Shown: positions 19,842 to 33,515, numbered from the stretch's first letter. The stretch is DNA of 64,000 nucleotides from Parachlamydiales bacterium (GCA_050302075.1 JBNLAH010000003.1:128001-192000), one strand, 5' to 3'. Notes: generated by a model from the letters alone, not told the origin. Numbers and translations are program-made.

Positions 19842-21019
19842 TTCTCAAATGCCTTTTTAGCTATAGTCCTGCCAATCGAAAATGCAGCTGTTGCTGCTGG
19901 CGACGGAGCATTTACAACATGCAAAACATTATCGTCTTTTTCGAAAATAAAATCATCTGGAAGAGTCCCATCATTTAAAACTACCTGAGCTCTAATACCA
20001 CTTGAAGCTTTTTTCAAATCTGCTTTTTGAATTATCGGAACCAATTTCTGAAGGTCTTTTAAAAATACGTGCTTAAAATGTGATCGATAAAGCTCATATA
20101 AGCCAACCTTCCAATATCTTTTAGCCATTTTCCAAAAACCCGGATGTGTAAGCGTATCTTTTAGGTCTTTGAATGAAACATCTTTTTTATTATAGCCTTC
20201 TCTAGCGTATGCTAAAACCGCATTCGGCCCAGCTTCTAACCTTCCATCAATCATCTTTGTTAAGTGAACCCCTAAAAAAGGAAATCTGGGATCTTTGACA
20301 GGATAGACCAAACCATTTATCAATTCCTGTTTGTTTGCCACTTCAAAATATTCACCTCTAAAAGGAACTATCCGAAATCCCTTCTTTTTAGATTTTATCA
20401 ATCTATCTGAAAACAAACCCGCACAATTAATAACTTTATCAGCTTTAAGAGACCCATTTTCAGTTTCAACTAGTACTCCTTTTTTAGATGAACTAATCTT
20501 GACTACCTTTTGGTTGTAAGTTATTTCAGATTGGCCGCTATCTAGTATTTCGGCTATTTTTTCTGCGACATCCTTAAAACTTATAACCATAACATCTGGT
20601 AACCAAATTGCCTTAACACCAATAACATTTGGCTCAATTTCCTTTAATCTAGCAGAGTCAATTAGTTCAATTTTACCAATTTTATTTTCTTTTCCTCTTC
20701 TAAATAGCTCTTCGAGCAAAGTAACCTGAGCTGATCTACTTGCCACAATTACTTTACCAAGCCTCTTGGTTGCAATTTTATGCTCATGAGCAAAATCCAC
20801 TAATTCTTCTCTCCCTTGAATACAATTGATAGCTTTTAAACTATTTGGCTTATAGTAGATTCCAGAATGTATAACCCCACTATTGCGAGAAGTTTGATGT
20901 AAAGCGGCTTTACATTCCTTTTCCAAAATCCTAATTCTATAGTCTGGATTGAGATTGAGTAATTGATATGCAGTAGCAAGGCCGACTATTCCAGCCCCAA
21001 CAATGATTATATCAGTCAT
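19838..21019 (-). CDS. lhgO: L-2-hydroxyglutarate oxidase family FAD oxidoreductase
   Basis: GAGIVG, HQTSRNSGVIHSGIYY, PFRGEY, PFLGVH, GIRAQ and NAPSPAATA motifs. Confidence 0.88.
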   Translation of the reverse strand: MTDIIIVGAGIVGLATAYQLLNLNPDYRIRILEKECKAALHQTSRNSGVIHSGIYYKPNSLKAINCIQGREELVDFAHEHKIATKRLGKVIVASRSAQVTLLEELFRRGKENKIGKIELIDSARLKEIEPNVIGVKAIWLPDVMVISFKDVAEKIAEILDSGQSEITYNQKVVKISSSKKGVLVETENGSLKADKVINCAGLFSDRLIKSKKKGFRIVPFRGEYFEVANKQELINGLVYPVKDPRFPFLGVHLTKMIDGRLEAGPNAVLAYAREGYNKKDVSFKDLKDTLTHPGFWKMAKRYWKVGLYELYRSHFKHVFLKDLQKLVPIIQKADLKKASSGIRAQVVLNDGTLPDDFIFEKDDNVLHVVNAPSPAATAAFSIGRTIAKKAFEN

Positions 21020-21939
21020 TTCCTTAACAATATCTCTTGATTTTCTAAAAACCAGTTAACTGTCTCTTTTAGACCAGTTATCAAAGGTTTCAACTCATAG
21101 CTTTTTAAAAGATCTTTTATTCTACCAATTGATAAAACTTTAGACTTGGCACCAACATATTTGGTCTCATCAAAAATGATCTTATTAAAGTCATAGCCAA
21201 CAACGTCGCAAATTACTGATGCAAATTCTCTTATCGAATGCTCTTTTCCAGAGCCCAAATTCACTTCAATATTGCTGGCTTTTTTGCTAAGTTCAATAAG
21301 GTTATGAACGAAATCTTCAACATGGATCAATTCTCTTTTTTGATATCCATCACCCCACAAAACTACTGGCTCTTTATATAAATGACCTCTCAGGATTTTT
21401 CGGATCAAGTCAAAAATAAAATGCATCTGCCTTCCATCTAAATGATAAGAGGGGCCATAGAGGGTAGATGGAATCACATAAAGATAGTTCAGTTTATATT
21501 GCTTATTTATTGCTTTAAGACCTGCTAAAAGCATCCTTTTCGTCATCGCATAAGTATATAATGAACTAATTGGAGTACCTTGCATGTAGTTATCTTCTGT
21601 AAGCGGAAAGCTTGGATCATATGAGCAACTAGTTCCCATGCACATACACTTTGCTTGCGGTTGCTTTTCTCTCCAATAAGATAAGACATTAGTGTTGATC
21701 TTCTGATTAATAATCCATTGATCTGCCGGATGCCAAAGACAAAAATCTCCGGCTTGGGTCCATGCTGCTAAATGATATATTTGGTCAAACAAAAGACCAT
21801 TAAAGATGTCTAATGAAGATGCAACAGTCAAATCAGCATCTTTAGATGAAATTCCAATAACTGAATGACCCTCATCTTTTAAAGCTTTTCCTAAAAATTT
21901 ACCTAAAAACCCGCTAGCACCCGTAATAAGTATCTTCAT
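21016..21939 (-). CDS. GDP-L-fucose-synthase-like epimerase/reductase (SDR)
   Basis: TGASGFLG, GTSCSY, YAMTK and WGDGYQKRE motifs. Confidence 0.75.
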   Translation of the reverse strand: MKILITGASGFLGKFLGKALKDEGHSVIGISSKDADLTVASSLDIFNGLLFDQIYHLAAWTQAGDFCLWHPADQWIINQKINTNVLSYWREKQPQAKCMCMGTSCSYDPSFPLTEDNYMQGTPISSLYTYAMTKRMLLAGLKAINKQYKLNYLYVIPSTLYGPSYHLDGRQMHFIFDLIRKILRGHLYKEPVVLWGDGYQKRELIHVEDFVHNLIELSKKASNIEVNLGSGKEHSIREFASVICDVVGYDFNKIIFDETKYVGAKSKVLSIGRIKDLLKSYELKPLITGLKETVNWFLENQEILLRK

Positions 21940-23141
21940 AAAAGAGCCCTCGGATTAATTGGAAAGTAAAATTCAACACCCTTATCAATCAATTGAGCAT
22001 TGTTCTTCAAAATCTCTTCTTTGAAGTTCCAAGCTAACACAAAATAAACATCAGGTAGCTCTGTCAGTTCCTTTTCAATTAAAATGGGTAAATGCATCCC
22101 CGGAGAAAAAAGATCCCTTCTAAGTTCATTTTTCTCGACTAAGCACTCGATATAATTTTTGTTAATATTCAAATAATTTAAAAGTGTATTTCCCTTTACA
22201 GGAGCGCCCATTCCAAATACTTTTTTGTTTTCTTTCCTGCATCGCTCAAGAAAATCTAAGTTTCTCTGTTTAACTATTTCCACGTTTTTAGCAAACTCAT
22301 AATAGGTCTCAAGTTCATTTGCGCGAGAATTTCTTTCTTCTTTCATAAGCTGATTCAAATTATCGCTTTTTTGCCTTCTACCAATATGAGATACATATGC
22401 AATTATTGAGCCTCCATGAATAGGCGATAGTTTTGCATCAAAGACTTCCATACCATGAATGTTAAGGAGATAGTTAAGGGTTTCTATGTTATAGTATAAA
22501 AGATGTTCATGATATATTTGGTCAAAGGCAACATTGTCCATAATCTTTCGCATATAAAGAAACTGAACTACAAATACTCCATCAGATTTTAAATATTTTT
22601 TAATTGCAGCAGTTACAGAATGCAACTCCTCCAAATGGAAAAAAACTCCTGAAGCATTTATCACATCAAAACTTTGATTAATTTTTTTTGCTGTATCAAG
22701 ATTATAAAAAGCATTAAGGGTATTAACGTTATTTTCATTTGCAATTTTAGCAATATTTGAGGATGGCTCGACGCCTAGAACTTCATATCCTAGTTTCTGA
22801 TAACACTTCAACTGAGTTCCATCATTTGAACCAATATCGAGAACATTTTTCACAGATTTGTCTGAGAAAAACTTTTGATCTACTTCTTGAGCTGTCTTAT
22901 AAAAATGATCATATAATGATTTAGTGATACCGGATAGGTAGGTATGCTTGCTATAAACTACTTCTTTTTTAATTGTATAGTCTAGCTGAGCTGTTTTGCA
23001 CCTCAAACAAACAATAACCCTTAAGGGGTAAAAAGACTCTTTCCCAACTTCTTCCTTAGTTAAAAAATTTAAGGCCAATGGCTGGTCTTTTAAATCTACA
23101 ACAAGCTCAAAATCTGAACCGTCACACACTCTACATTTCAT
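21936..23141 (-). CDS. NDP-sugar C-methyltransferase
   Basis: N-terminal Zn ribbon (CRVC..CLRC), DIGSNDG, FDQIYHEH, IHGGS, GAPVKGNT and LAWNF motifs. Confidence 0.88.
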   Translation of the reverse strand: MKCRVCDGSDFELVVDLKDQPLALNFLTKEEVGKESFYPLRVIVCLRCKTAQLDYTIKKEVVYSKHTYLSGITKSLYDHFYKTAQEVDQKFFSDKSVKNVLDIGSNDGTQLKCYQKLGYEVLGVEPSSNIAKIANENNVNTLNAFYNLDTAKKINQSFDVINASGVFFHLEELHSVTAAIKKYLKSDGVFVVQFLYMRKIMDNVAFDQIYHEHLLYYNIETLNYLLNIHGMEVFDAKLSPIHGGSIIAYVSHIGRRQKSDNLNQLMKEERNSRANELETYYEFAKNVEIVKQRNLDFLERCRKENKKVFGMGAPVKGNTLLNYLNINKNYIECLVEKNELRRDLFSPGMHLPILIEKELTELPDVYFVLAWNFKEEILKNNAQLIDKGVEFYFPINPRALL

Positions 23142-23250
23142 GATCTACCCCATACTTTTTTTGTGAGTGCATTCTACAAAAAAAATTTTAAAAAGTGTTT
23201 TTTCTTTTTTAAAAAAAATTATAGTCTAGGTCAAAAAATTGCGTTGACTA

Positions 23251-24258
23251 ATGATAATAATCTCCAGAACTCCTGTAAGAATCAGTTTTTTTGGTGGCGG
23301 AACCGACTATCCAGATTACTTTTCTCGAAAAAAAGGTGCCGTGCTTGGTACTGCCATAAAAAAGTTCATTTATATTAGTGTCAACCAAATGCTCCAAATG
23401 GGAAGCTTTTTCGATCATAAAATTAGAGTGGGCTATTCGAAAACAGAGCTAGTACAAGAAGCATCAGAAATTGCTCACCCAAGCGTAAGAGAGTGTCTAA
23501 AACATCATAATTTCAATTCAAACTTGGATATTCATATATTTTCTGACCTGCCTGCAAAAACCGGGTTAGGTTCATCTTCTTCTTTTACAGTAGGTTTTTT
23601 AAATGCCTTATATGCAGTAAGAGGAAAGAGAGCATCCAAGCAAAAGCTTGCAGAAGAAGCATGCTTTATCGAACAAAAAAAAATAAAAGAACACGTAGGA
23701 TCACAAGATCAGTTTCATGCCGCATACGGAGGGCTGAATATAATCGAGTTTACTCAAGATGAGATAAAAGCCAGACCAGTTTTAATCTCTAAAGAAAAAA
23801 AAGAGATTTTTCAAAATAGTATAATGGTCTTTTATACAGGGCTAACCAGGTTTGCAAGCGAAATTGCAAAAGAACAAATAGATAAAACTAAAACACTCTC
23901 CAATGATGTTTATTTAGCAAAAATGTATGACATGGTCTTTGAGGCTGAAAAGATATTTGCAACGTGTAAAGCAGAAGAATTAATCCAGCAAATAGGTTCT
24001 CTTTTACATGCTAGCTGGCTCTTGAAAAAAAAACTCTCGCAAAAAATTACAACTTCATTAATTGACAAATACTATGAAATTGCAATTGGAGCAGGTGCCA
24101 TCGGGGGAAAACTTTGCGGAGCAGGTAGTGGTGGTTTTCTTGCTTTGGTAGTTCCTCCAGAATGCCAACCTAAAGTAAGAAATGCCTTAAAAGATTTACT
24201 AGAAGTCCCTTTTCAAATTGAATCAGACGGTAGCACAATTATTTACATGAAAGATTAA
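23251..24258 (+). CDS. hddA: D-glycero-D-manno-heptose-7-phosphate kinase (GHMP family)
   Basis: TPVRISFFGGGTD, GLGSSSS, VGSQDQ and GGKLCGAGSGGF motifs. Confidence 0.85.
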   Translation: MIIISRTPVRISFFGGGTDYPDYFSRKKGAVLGTAIKKFIYISVNQMLQMGSFFDHKIRVGYSKTELVQEASEIAHPSVRECLKHHNFNSNLDIHIFSDLPAKTGLGSSSSFTVGFLNALYAVRGKRASKQKLAEEACFIEQKKIKEHVGSQDQFHAAYGGLNIIEFTQDEIKARPVLISKEKKEIFQNSIMVFYTGLTRFASEIAKEQIDKTKTLSNDVYLAKMYDMVFEAEKIFATCKAEELIQQIGSLLHASWLLKKKLSQKITTSLIDKYYEIAIGAGAIGGKLCGAGSGGFLALVVPPECQPKVRNALKDLLEVPFQIESDGSTIIYMKD

Positions 24259-24260
24259 TT

Positions 24261-26985
<2,725 letters not shown>

Positions 26986-26986
26986 C

Positions 26987-27856
26987 TTATCTCACTCTCT
27001 TTGTAAGTTTGAATCTTGTGGCATTTTTTAAAACTTGTGATAAGAAGCCCCATCTTTTTGGATGAGAAAGCAAATATTTAAAAAGAGATCTTCCTTGTTG
27101 GTACAAAACACCTGATTTTTTGAAGAAATCTTGAAACTCTTCAGGCTGCTTTTTCAACAAGTCGAACAAACTATCGTAAGCAGATTCTTCATTTTTTCTA
27201 GAATTGCTATAAGAGCCCGATGTAACCCTAAATCCTGCCAAAGGCATAGGAAGGTAGGCAACTGGATATTTAGAGGCAATTTGGTAGTTTAAAAACCAAT
27301 CTGACATCCATTTTAATCCTCCATTCAATATCCCAAACTCTTTTAGATGCTTTTTTCGATAAAGACTTGTATTAGTCGGAATCCAAAATAAATGTTTTTT
27401 TATAAAATAAATCAATTCATTTGGATAAATAATTCTTTGCTTTTGCTCTTTTAATAGAGGCTTCACTTGGAGATTGTCAACATCTTCATCAAATGTACAA
27501 AAGTCAGATGTGCAAATAGCCACATTTGGATTATTTTCTAAAGATTCAATCATAATTTCTAAAAAATTTGGCCTAATGTAATCATCTGCAGAACAAAAAG
27601 CTAAATAATCTCCGCATGCCATTTCTATTCCGCGATTAACCGACTGAATCGGTCCTAAGTTTTTTTCATTTTTGAGAACTTTAAGATTACTATGAATGTT
27701 TGAATAATTTGATAACACTTCATGGCTGTTATCATCCGAAGCATCGTCAATTACAATTATCTCACTTGGGGACAGGCTCTGAGAAAAAATAGCAGGTAGC
27801 GAGGTTTGCAAATAGTTAGCATGGTTGTAGCTTGGCAAAATAATTGATACTGTCAA
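26987..27856 (-). CDS. GT2 glycosyltransferase
   Basis: SIILPSYN, IDDASDD, NRG and SADD motifs; TTG start. Confidence 0.9.
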   Translation of the reverse strand: MTVSIILPSYNHANYLQTSLPAIFSQSLSPSEIIVIDDASDDNSHEVLSNYSNIHSNLKVLKNEKNLGPIQSVNRGIEMACGDYLAFCSADDYIRPNFLEIMIESLENNPNVAICTSDFCTFDEDVDNLQVKPLLKEQKQRIIYPNELIYFIKKHLFWIPTNTSLYRKKHLKEFGILNGGLKWMSDWFLNYQIASKYPVAYLPMPLAGFRVTSGSYSNSRKNEESAYDSLFDLLKKQPEEFQDFFKKSGVLYQQGRSLFKYLLSHPKRWGFLSQVLKNATRFKLTKRVR

Positions 27857-27860
27857 AATT

Positions 27861-28706
27861 TTAGACTTTCATTACTTTTTTAGGTTTTCTCTGAAAAATA
27901 AATTTAGGAAGAATCCTTTTAAGTTTTTTCTTAAGAGGATCAGGTAAGTGCTTAGAAATTCTTTGCTTAAAAGAGCTCTTTTTCTGCTCTTTTTTATTCC
28001 AAGTATTTTGGTAGTAAAACTGTTGAGGAGTCTTTATTAAATTATAATGCACCTTTTTTTGAGCCACAAAGAAAATACCCAGCAATCTTTTGCCAAACCC
28101 TCCAAAAGATAAAGACTGCAATGACCCTGATCCATATTCGTAAACATCCCAAAGTCTTTTTGGACTGCTAAAAGAATACTCAAAAATGTAGGGAGTCTTA
28201 ATATCAAAATCATTTGCCTTATAGAAATCCATAAAGACAGTGGGAGAAAACATATAAAACCCATGATCCACATGATTATGAGATGGTGATAAATGAATAA
28301 TTGATCCACCAGATTTTAGCATCAAACTAATATTTTCTAACACTCTAGGAAAATTGAAGATATGCTCAGAAGTGCCTCCATCAAAAATATAATCGTATTT
28401 TTGATGATATTCTTCTGGAATAGGTAAATTCATGTCCCAAATAATATCTGCATTTTCATAATCTGAATAATCAATGCTGTGAACTTCATCAAATCCAAGT
28501 AACTTAAAAAACTCAACATCACTAACTTGTTTCTTATCAGAAATATTTGGCGCTTTTATGAGAACTTTTTCTTTTTCGGCATACTTGTAAATCTCTTTCC
28601 AGGATAGAAAAATATCTTGCTTTCCGAGCTGTAGTATACTTCCAGAGAATTTTTTCTTTTTGCTCTCTTTTAGCAGTAAACGATACGTGCCTCTAGCTAT
28701 ACCCAA
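27861..28706 (-). CDS. Class I SAM methyltransferase-like protein
   Basis: LQLGKQ, IDYSDYE, DMNLP, DGGTSEHIFN and HGFYMFSP motifs. Confidence 0.65.
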   Translation of the reverse strand: MGIARGTYRLLLKESKKKKFSGSILQLGKQDIFLSWKEIYKYAEKEKVLIKAPNISDKKQVSDVEFFKLLGFDEVHSIDYSDYENADIIWDMNLPIPEEYHQKYDYIFDGGTSEHIFNFPRVLENISLMLKSGGSIIHLSPSHNHVDHGFYMFSPTVFMDFYKANDFDIKTPYIFEYSFSSPKRLWDVYEYGSGSLQSLSFGGFGKRLLGIFFVAQKKVHYNLIKTPQQFYYQNTWNKKEQKKSSFKQRISKHLPDPLKKKLKRILPKFIFQRKPKKVMKV

Positions 28707-28735
28707 AGATTTGCCTATTATAAAAATATTTAATA

Positions 28736-30043
28736 CTAAACATTGTCTTTATTGAAGAATAGCTTATTTTTTTTGATGGCTGACTGAATAATATCATCGA
28801 TCTTTTCAGCCCTATGAGTAGCTGTATGAGACTTCAATGTTCTTTGTTGACCTTTTTCTGCTATCGCTTTTAAAAGTGATTCATTTTTTAATAAGTAATT
28901 AACTTTCTCGATGCACTCAGCTGTTGATGAATACGTTACAACTTCTGAGTCCTCCTCAAACAATTGATTTAAATTTTCACTTTTTTCTGTAATCAAGCAA
29001 CTTCCAACTCCCGTTGCTTGAAACATCCGAATATTATCTGAAAAGTTTCCAGCAGCTAAGCTATGTCTATTTAATGTAATCTTTGAGCTAGCCATTGTTT
29101 GATACATTTCCAAACCAAAAACCGGTTTAAAGCATCGGTCTTTGTATTTCTTACTAAGAGGCTTCAATGGATAGAAAATATCTATCCCTTTTAAACATTC
29201 TTTTTCTTTTTTTATTTCTTCTACTAAGTTTGCAAACTGTCTTGGTATTTGAAAACTTTCAAAATATTTAAAAATTTTATCGTTTTTACAGAGTAGTCTT
29301 TTAAGAAAATTGCGAAAATCTTGCTTTGCTTTACTGCTTAATTTATGCCCAACTTCATCAACCCAAAGCTTAATCTCTGTTCTTTTCAAAAGCTCCGTCA
29401 GCATGATGTATCTTGGCAAATGAGCACTGCCATATCCATAACCTGAAGTCCCAATGAAAGTTAACTCATGAAACTTCTGATTTTCTGAAAGCTTTTGTAA
29501 AATTCTTTCATCAAAAAAATGATAAACCAAATGTGGTTTAATACTATAACCTTCCAATTTAGCTTTCAAAACAGGTGAGCCGACTAAAACAATGTCTGCA
29601 ACTGATATCTTTTTAAGGCTTTCATCGTCAAGTCCAGGATATCCACGGAAAACAACTATCTTTTTCACAAAAGAAAAATGCTTTTTTATATTGCAAAAAT
29701 CATCGAATGCTAAAGCATGGACATCCTGAAAATATAAAATATCTGGCTTACTTTTTCTTATTTGAGCAAATAATACATCTCTTCTCCAAGTGTCCTTTGA
29801 GAATTTAATACTATTTTCCTCAGCCCATTTTTTTTGCAGCAATTTATAATCATATATAATTTCATCAGCTTCTTGCCCAATGTTGTTCATGCCATAAGAA
29901 AAACTATCCGAATAGACATGGAAATTGCTAAAGATCTCTTTTTTTAACTCTTCATAAGAACTGCCTAATAGTGTTTTATCTAAATGCCTCATTAATGAGA
30001 CATAGTGAAGGCCTACCACTCTTAATATTTTATAAGATTTCAT
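28736..30043 (-). CDS. CgeB-like (Glyco_trans_1_2) glycosyltransferase
   Basis: VFGLEMY, SKITLNRH, NIRMFQATGVG and GQQRTLKSHT motifs. Confidence 0.8.
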   Translation of the reverse strand: MKSYKILRVVGLHYVSLMRHLDKTLLGSSYEELKKEIFSNFHVYSDSFSYGMNNIGQEADEIIYDYKLLQKKWAEENSIKFSKDTWRRDVLFAQIRKSKPDILYFQDVHALAFDDFCNIKKHFSFVKKIVVFRGYPGLDDESLKKISVADIVLVGSPVLKAKLEGYSIKPHLVYHFFDERILQKLSENQKFHELTFIGTSGYGYGSAHLPRYIMLTELLKRTEIKLWVDEVGHKLSSKAKQDFRNFLKRLLCKNDKIFKYFESFQIPRQFANLVEEIKKEKECLKGIDIFYPLKPLSKKYKDRCFKPVFGLEMYQTMASSKITLNRHSLAAGNFSDNIRMFQATGVGSCLITEKSENLNQLFEEDSEVVTYSSTAECIEKVNYLLKNESLLKAIAEKGQQRTLKSHTATHRAEKIDDIIQSAIKKNKLFFNKDNV

Positions 30044-30078
30044 TATTATTGATAATAAACCTGCTTAACATACCAACA

Positions 30079-31017
30079 TTATAACTTTGTTATTGGTACA
30101 TTATCTGGTCCTTTTAAACCAGATCTTTTAGCTGCAATCAATCCATCACATGAGCAGCTTTGAGCTGGAGTATGTTCAGCTATTATATGAAAACCATGAT
30201 CCTTTAAGAATTTTAAACATTTTCTATGAAGAAGGTCAGTGTGTGTCGAAATGAAGAAAAAATCGATTTTTGACTCTGAAATCGATTTTTTGCAGGTCTG
30301 AAGCATATCAAATTCTGCACTCTGTATATCGGCATGCAAGATATGAACATGATTAATATTGTTTGATGCTAAAAACTGGTCAATATGAATCCGAGGAATA
30401 TTAACTTCATGTTTAATATCAGAGTCATATTTATTACCAATATAACCATGGACAAAAGTTCCTTCTTTATTATTCAATTCAAAGTTCCTCATACCAGTCA
30501 ATAGATACTCATACTTAGGCTCAATCATGTAATTTTTTGCATTTTTAACGCTGTTAGCAAACCATAGCGAGTAATATGCCCAATAACTACCAAGTTCAAT
30601 CATTGTGCTTCCAGGGGAAATATATTTAAGTACCTCATAAAATACTTTTTCTTCTTGCGGTTCATGATGCCCTCGCAGTGCATAAATTATATCCGTCATC
30701 CAGTTGGTCGCCGAACAATAGTAACAATCCTTATAAATTTTAATTCCGTTATGCATGACTTGGTATTCTCCATTTTCATCGGAAATAATTTCTCCTGCAT
30801 TAACAACCTTTGGGATGTAATCAGCATCAGGACATTCTATGGTTGATATAACCCTGGGATATTGGTAATAAGCATTTGTAATTTTAAATGAATCCTGACT
30901 TATAGATTTAATAAACCTTTCTTTATGAGATTTAATATCTTCGTTAATTGGATCCGAATAAATATAATTTACACACAATAAATTAATGATAAAAAATATA
31001 CTTTTAAATGTTTTCAT
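30079..31017 (-). CDS. FkbM-like methyltransferase with signal peptide
   Basis: GHHEPQEE, ELGSYWAYYS, HADIQSAE and FISTH motifs; N-terminal K-hydrophobic-IYS. Confidence 0.75.
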   Translation of the reverse strand: MKTFKSIFFIINLLCVNYIYSDPINEDIKSHKERFIKSISQDSFKITNAYYQYPRVISTIECPDADYIPKVVNAGEIISDENGEYQVMHNGIKIYKDCYYCSATNWMTDIIYALRGHHEPQEEKVFYEVLKYISPGSTMIELGSYWAYYSLWFANSVKNAKNYMIEPKYEYLLTGMRNFELNNKEGTFVHGYIGNKYDSDIKHEVNIPRIHIDQFLASNNINHVHILHADIQSAEFDMLQTCKKSISESKIDFFFISTHTDLLHRKCLKFLKDHGFHIIAEHTPAQSCSCDGLIAAKRSGLKGPDNVPITKL

Positions 31018-31037
31018 AAGAATAAACCTGTGCTTGA

Positions 31038-31835
31038 TTAATCAACTTTTATATAATTTGGTCCGGGAATACCTAAACGCTTCGCCAAAATTAATCCATC
31101 TTTAATTTCTTTCGACGGGAGGTATTCGACAAGGATCTGAAAATTTTTATCTGTAAAAAAATTTAAGCAATTTTCATGCTTTTTAAAACTATGAGTAGCA
31201 ATAAAAAAATAATCTATTTTGTTTTGCTCAATCGCCTCTACGCTTGAAGTTAATACGTCAAGCTCACTTCCTTGTGAATCTATAAATAAAACATCAATGT
31301 GATCAATGTCGTTTTGCACAATAAACCAATCCATTTGCATATGGATAGACCCATGTGAATGAGAGATCTTTTTTTCATAATCAAATCCAAAATAGAAGCG
31401 GTAGAAATATCCTTTTTTTTGATTCAGTTCAAAGTTTTTTATTCCACATCTTAGATGATCAGGATGCGGTTCTAAAATAAAATTACTCGGATTATCAACT
31501 ACATGGGAAAACAAAAGTGAATAATATGACCAATATGCGCCCACTTCAAGCATTGTAGCTTTAGAAGGAATATATTTTAAAACTTCGTAAAAAATATCAT
31601 CAACTCGTTGCTGCCATTTTCCTGTAAGAATAATTTGATTAATTTTTTCCTTAGATAAAGCTCCATAAGAACAGTAGGTACTTAACTTAATTCCATTTGG
31701 CAAAATTAAGTATTTATCAGTTTCATTTAGAATTACTTGTTCTGGCTCAGGTGTGCTATTTGCTTTTGCATAATTAGGATCCATAAAACTTACAACTAAG
31801 TAAATAAAAAAAGGTATTTTTATCAACAAATTCAT
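31038..31835 (-). CDS. FkbM-like methyltransferase with signal peptide (paralog of 30079-31017)
   Basis: EVGAYWSYYS, IDSQGSE and FIATH motifs; signal ends AKA. ATG at 31835 preferred over 31850. Confidence 0.7.
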   Translation of the reverse strand: MNLLIKIPFFIYLVVSFMDPNYAKANSTPEPEQVILNETDKYLILPNGIKLSTYCSYGALSKEKINQIILTGKWQQRVDDIFYEVLKYIPSKATMLEVGAYWSYYSLLFSHVVDNPSNFILEPHPDHLRCGIKNFELNQKKGYFYRFYFGFDYEKKISHSHGSIHMQMDWFIVQNDIDHIDVLFIDSQGSELDVLTSSVEAIEQNKIDYFFIATHSFKKHENCLNFFTDKNFQILVEYLPSKEIKDGLILAKRLGIPGPNYIKVD

Positions 31836-31836
31836 G

Positions 31837-32829
31837 TTAATCTCTCTCATAAACTATATTATCCATAAATAAATATCCTCTCCCTAATTCATCATATTCC
31901 CAATGATATTTAGTAGGATAAATCTTCAAATCAAAATCACAGATTAAATTGATAATTGAAGTAAAAGTACTTTTTCCTGTGAAAACCACATTTTTAAAAT
32001 TTTGAAATGAGAAAAAATCATCTAAAGCATATTTATGAAAACCGGTTCCATCTTTTCGATAGTCAAATATGATATTGCTTAAATTTACTTGTTCCTTGAT
32101 GCGCTTTACTAAGTTCTCTATCAAAGGTTCATCAGTAAAAATGAAAACATATATTGGCTGATGATCATGAAGCCTTGAAAATTCAATAATTTGATCAATA
32201 TAATATTGTTCAGGAGGATGAGTTAAAGGAAAAATGGTATCTACATAAACAATCTCTTTTGGCCTGAGATATCTATCACGATTATATTGCAGATTAAATA
32301 CTTGAACTGATCCCAATGATGCATCCCATCCACCTCCCTTTCTTATATGAACCGCCAAAGACAATACGTCTTTAGGCGGATGAATAAGTTTTAAAGGTGT
32401 CCTTGGAGCTATTCTCTTTCGGATATGCTTTAAAAAGCCTGGATTCGATTTTACCTGCTGTACAAAAGCATCTGAAAAATACGTTAAAAAAACAAATTCA
32501 AGTAATCTATGCTTTTTTCGATTCATTTTCTCAGAACAAATAGGAACTTTTCTGACGTCTCTTAAAACTGTTTTCTGCCAGATGCGATTATTATTAATAT
32601 TTGGGAGGTGTTCATCCATTACTGAACACATTAAATAATCTGACTTATCAAAAGGCTGGTAATAAAATTTTAAATTATTTTCATAGGCAACCCATTGAGC
32701 ATGAATATATGCGATAAGGTCATTTCCCATTCTTCCATTTCCCAAAGGTCTACTTGTTACAAAAACATTTGATAAAAGATTATTGTTTATAGAAACGACG
32801 AACAAAACGAGCAAAAAGCATTTTTTCAT
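31837..32829 (-). CDS. GT11-like (alpha-1,2-fucosyltransferase-like) protein with signal peptide
   Basis: GRMGN, AVHIRKG, YY, IFTD and STF motifs occur in GT11 order. Confidence 0.65.
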   Translation of the reverse strand: MKKCFLLVLFVVSINNNLLSNVFVTSRPLGNGRMGNDLIAYIHAQWVAYENNLKFYYQPFDKSDYLMCSVMDEHLPNINNNRIWQKTVLRDVRKVPICSEKMNRKKHRLLEFVFLTYFSDAFVQQVKSNPGFLKHIRKRIAPRTPLKLIHPPKDVLSLAVHIRKGGGWDASLGSVQVFNLQYNRDRYLRPKEIVYVDTIFPLTHPPEQYYIDQIIEFSRLHDHQPIYVFIFTDEPLIENLVKRIKEQVNLSNIIFDYRKDGTGFHKYALDDFFSFQNFKNVVFTGKSTFTSIINLICDFDLKIYPTKYHWEYDELGRGYLFMDNIVYERD

Positions 32830-33515
32830 AATGCTCTCCTAGAAACATAAATTTCATCGCATGCAAGTGATGCAACTTTTAAATAATTTTTAGATTTTAA
32901 AAAAAGCTCGATGTCTTTTGTTTGATAATTATTCTCCACTGTAATGACATCTATTTCATATTTATCAAAATCAATGCTCTTCAGTATTTCAAACTCTCCG
33001 CCCTCAGTATCTATACTTAAAAAATCGATGTGATAAATACCGTTTTCTTGGAGTACTTCATTTAATGGAAGGCAAGTAACTAAAATTTCATGAGATGAGC
33101 ATCCGTATTTCTTTAATTCATAATTAATACGTTCAACGTGGCGAGGATCATATTTACCAATGATCCCACTTAGTCCTTCTATGACTCCATCTATGCAAAG
33201 AAAAGGGACATTTTCTTCATAATCAGGAGCTATGCAAGCATTTAAACAGATACAATTACGATTGCTTTGAAGAAGCTTAAATGTATTAGGTAACGGCTCT
33301 ATGCACAAACCTTTCCAACCTAATTCTTTTTCGAAGAAATAAGAATTACTTCCTAAAACTCCATCATTTGCCCCAATATCAACAAATACTCCGTTTCGTT
33401 TATTATTAAAAAAATGGTCATTCACATAACGATCTTGTCCAAATTGGGAATAATACTTTGCACTTATAGAAAAGCAAAAAACACAAAAAATAATTAAAAA
33501 AAAATTAATTCTCAT
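32826..33515 (-). CDS. FkbM family methyltransferase with signal peptide
   Basis: YSQFGQD, DIGANDG..SNS, IEP, SIDTEGGE and TVENN motifs; signal ends ISA. Confidence 0.88.
   Translation of the reverse strand: MRINFFLIIFCVFCFSISAKYYSQFGQDRYVNDHFFNNKRNGVFVDIGANDGVLGSNSYFFEKELGWKGLCIEPLPNTFKLLQSNRNCICLNACIAPDYEENVPFLCIDGVIEGLSGIIGKYDPRHVERINYELKKYGCSSHEILVTCLPLNEVLQENGIYHIDFLSIDTEGGEFEILKSIDFDKYEIDVITVENNYQTKDIELFLKSKNYLKVASLACDEIYVSRRAL

Noticed and set aside
23163..23378. 71-aa plus-strand ORF over the hddA start
   Set aside because: Low-complexity translation of an AT-rich divergent promoter region.
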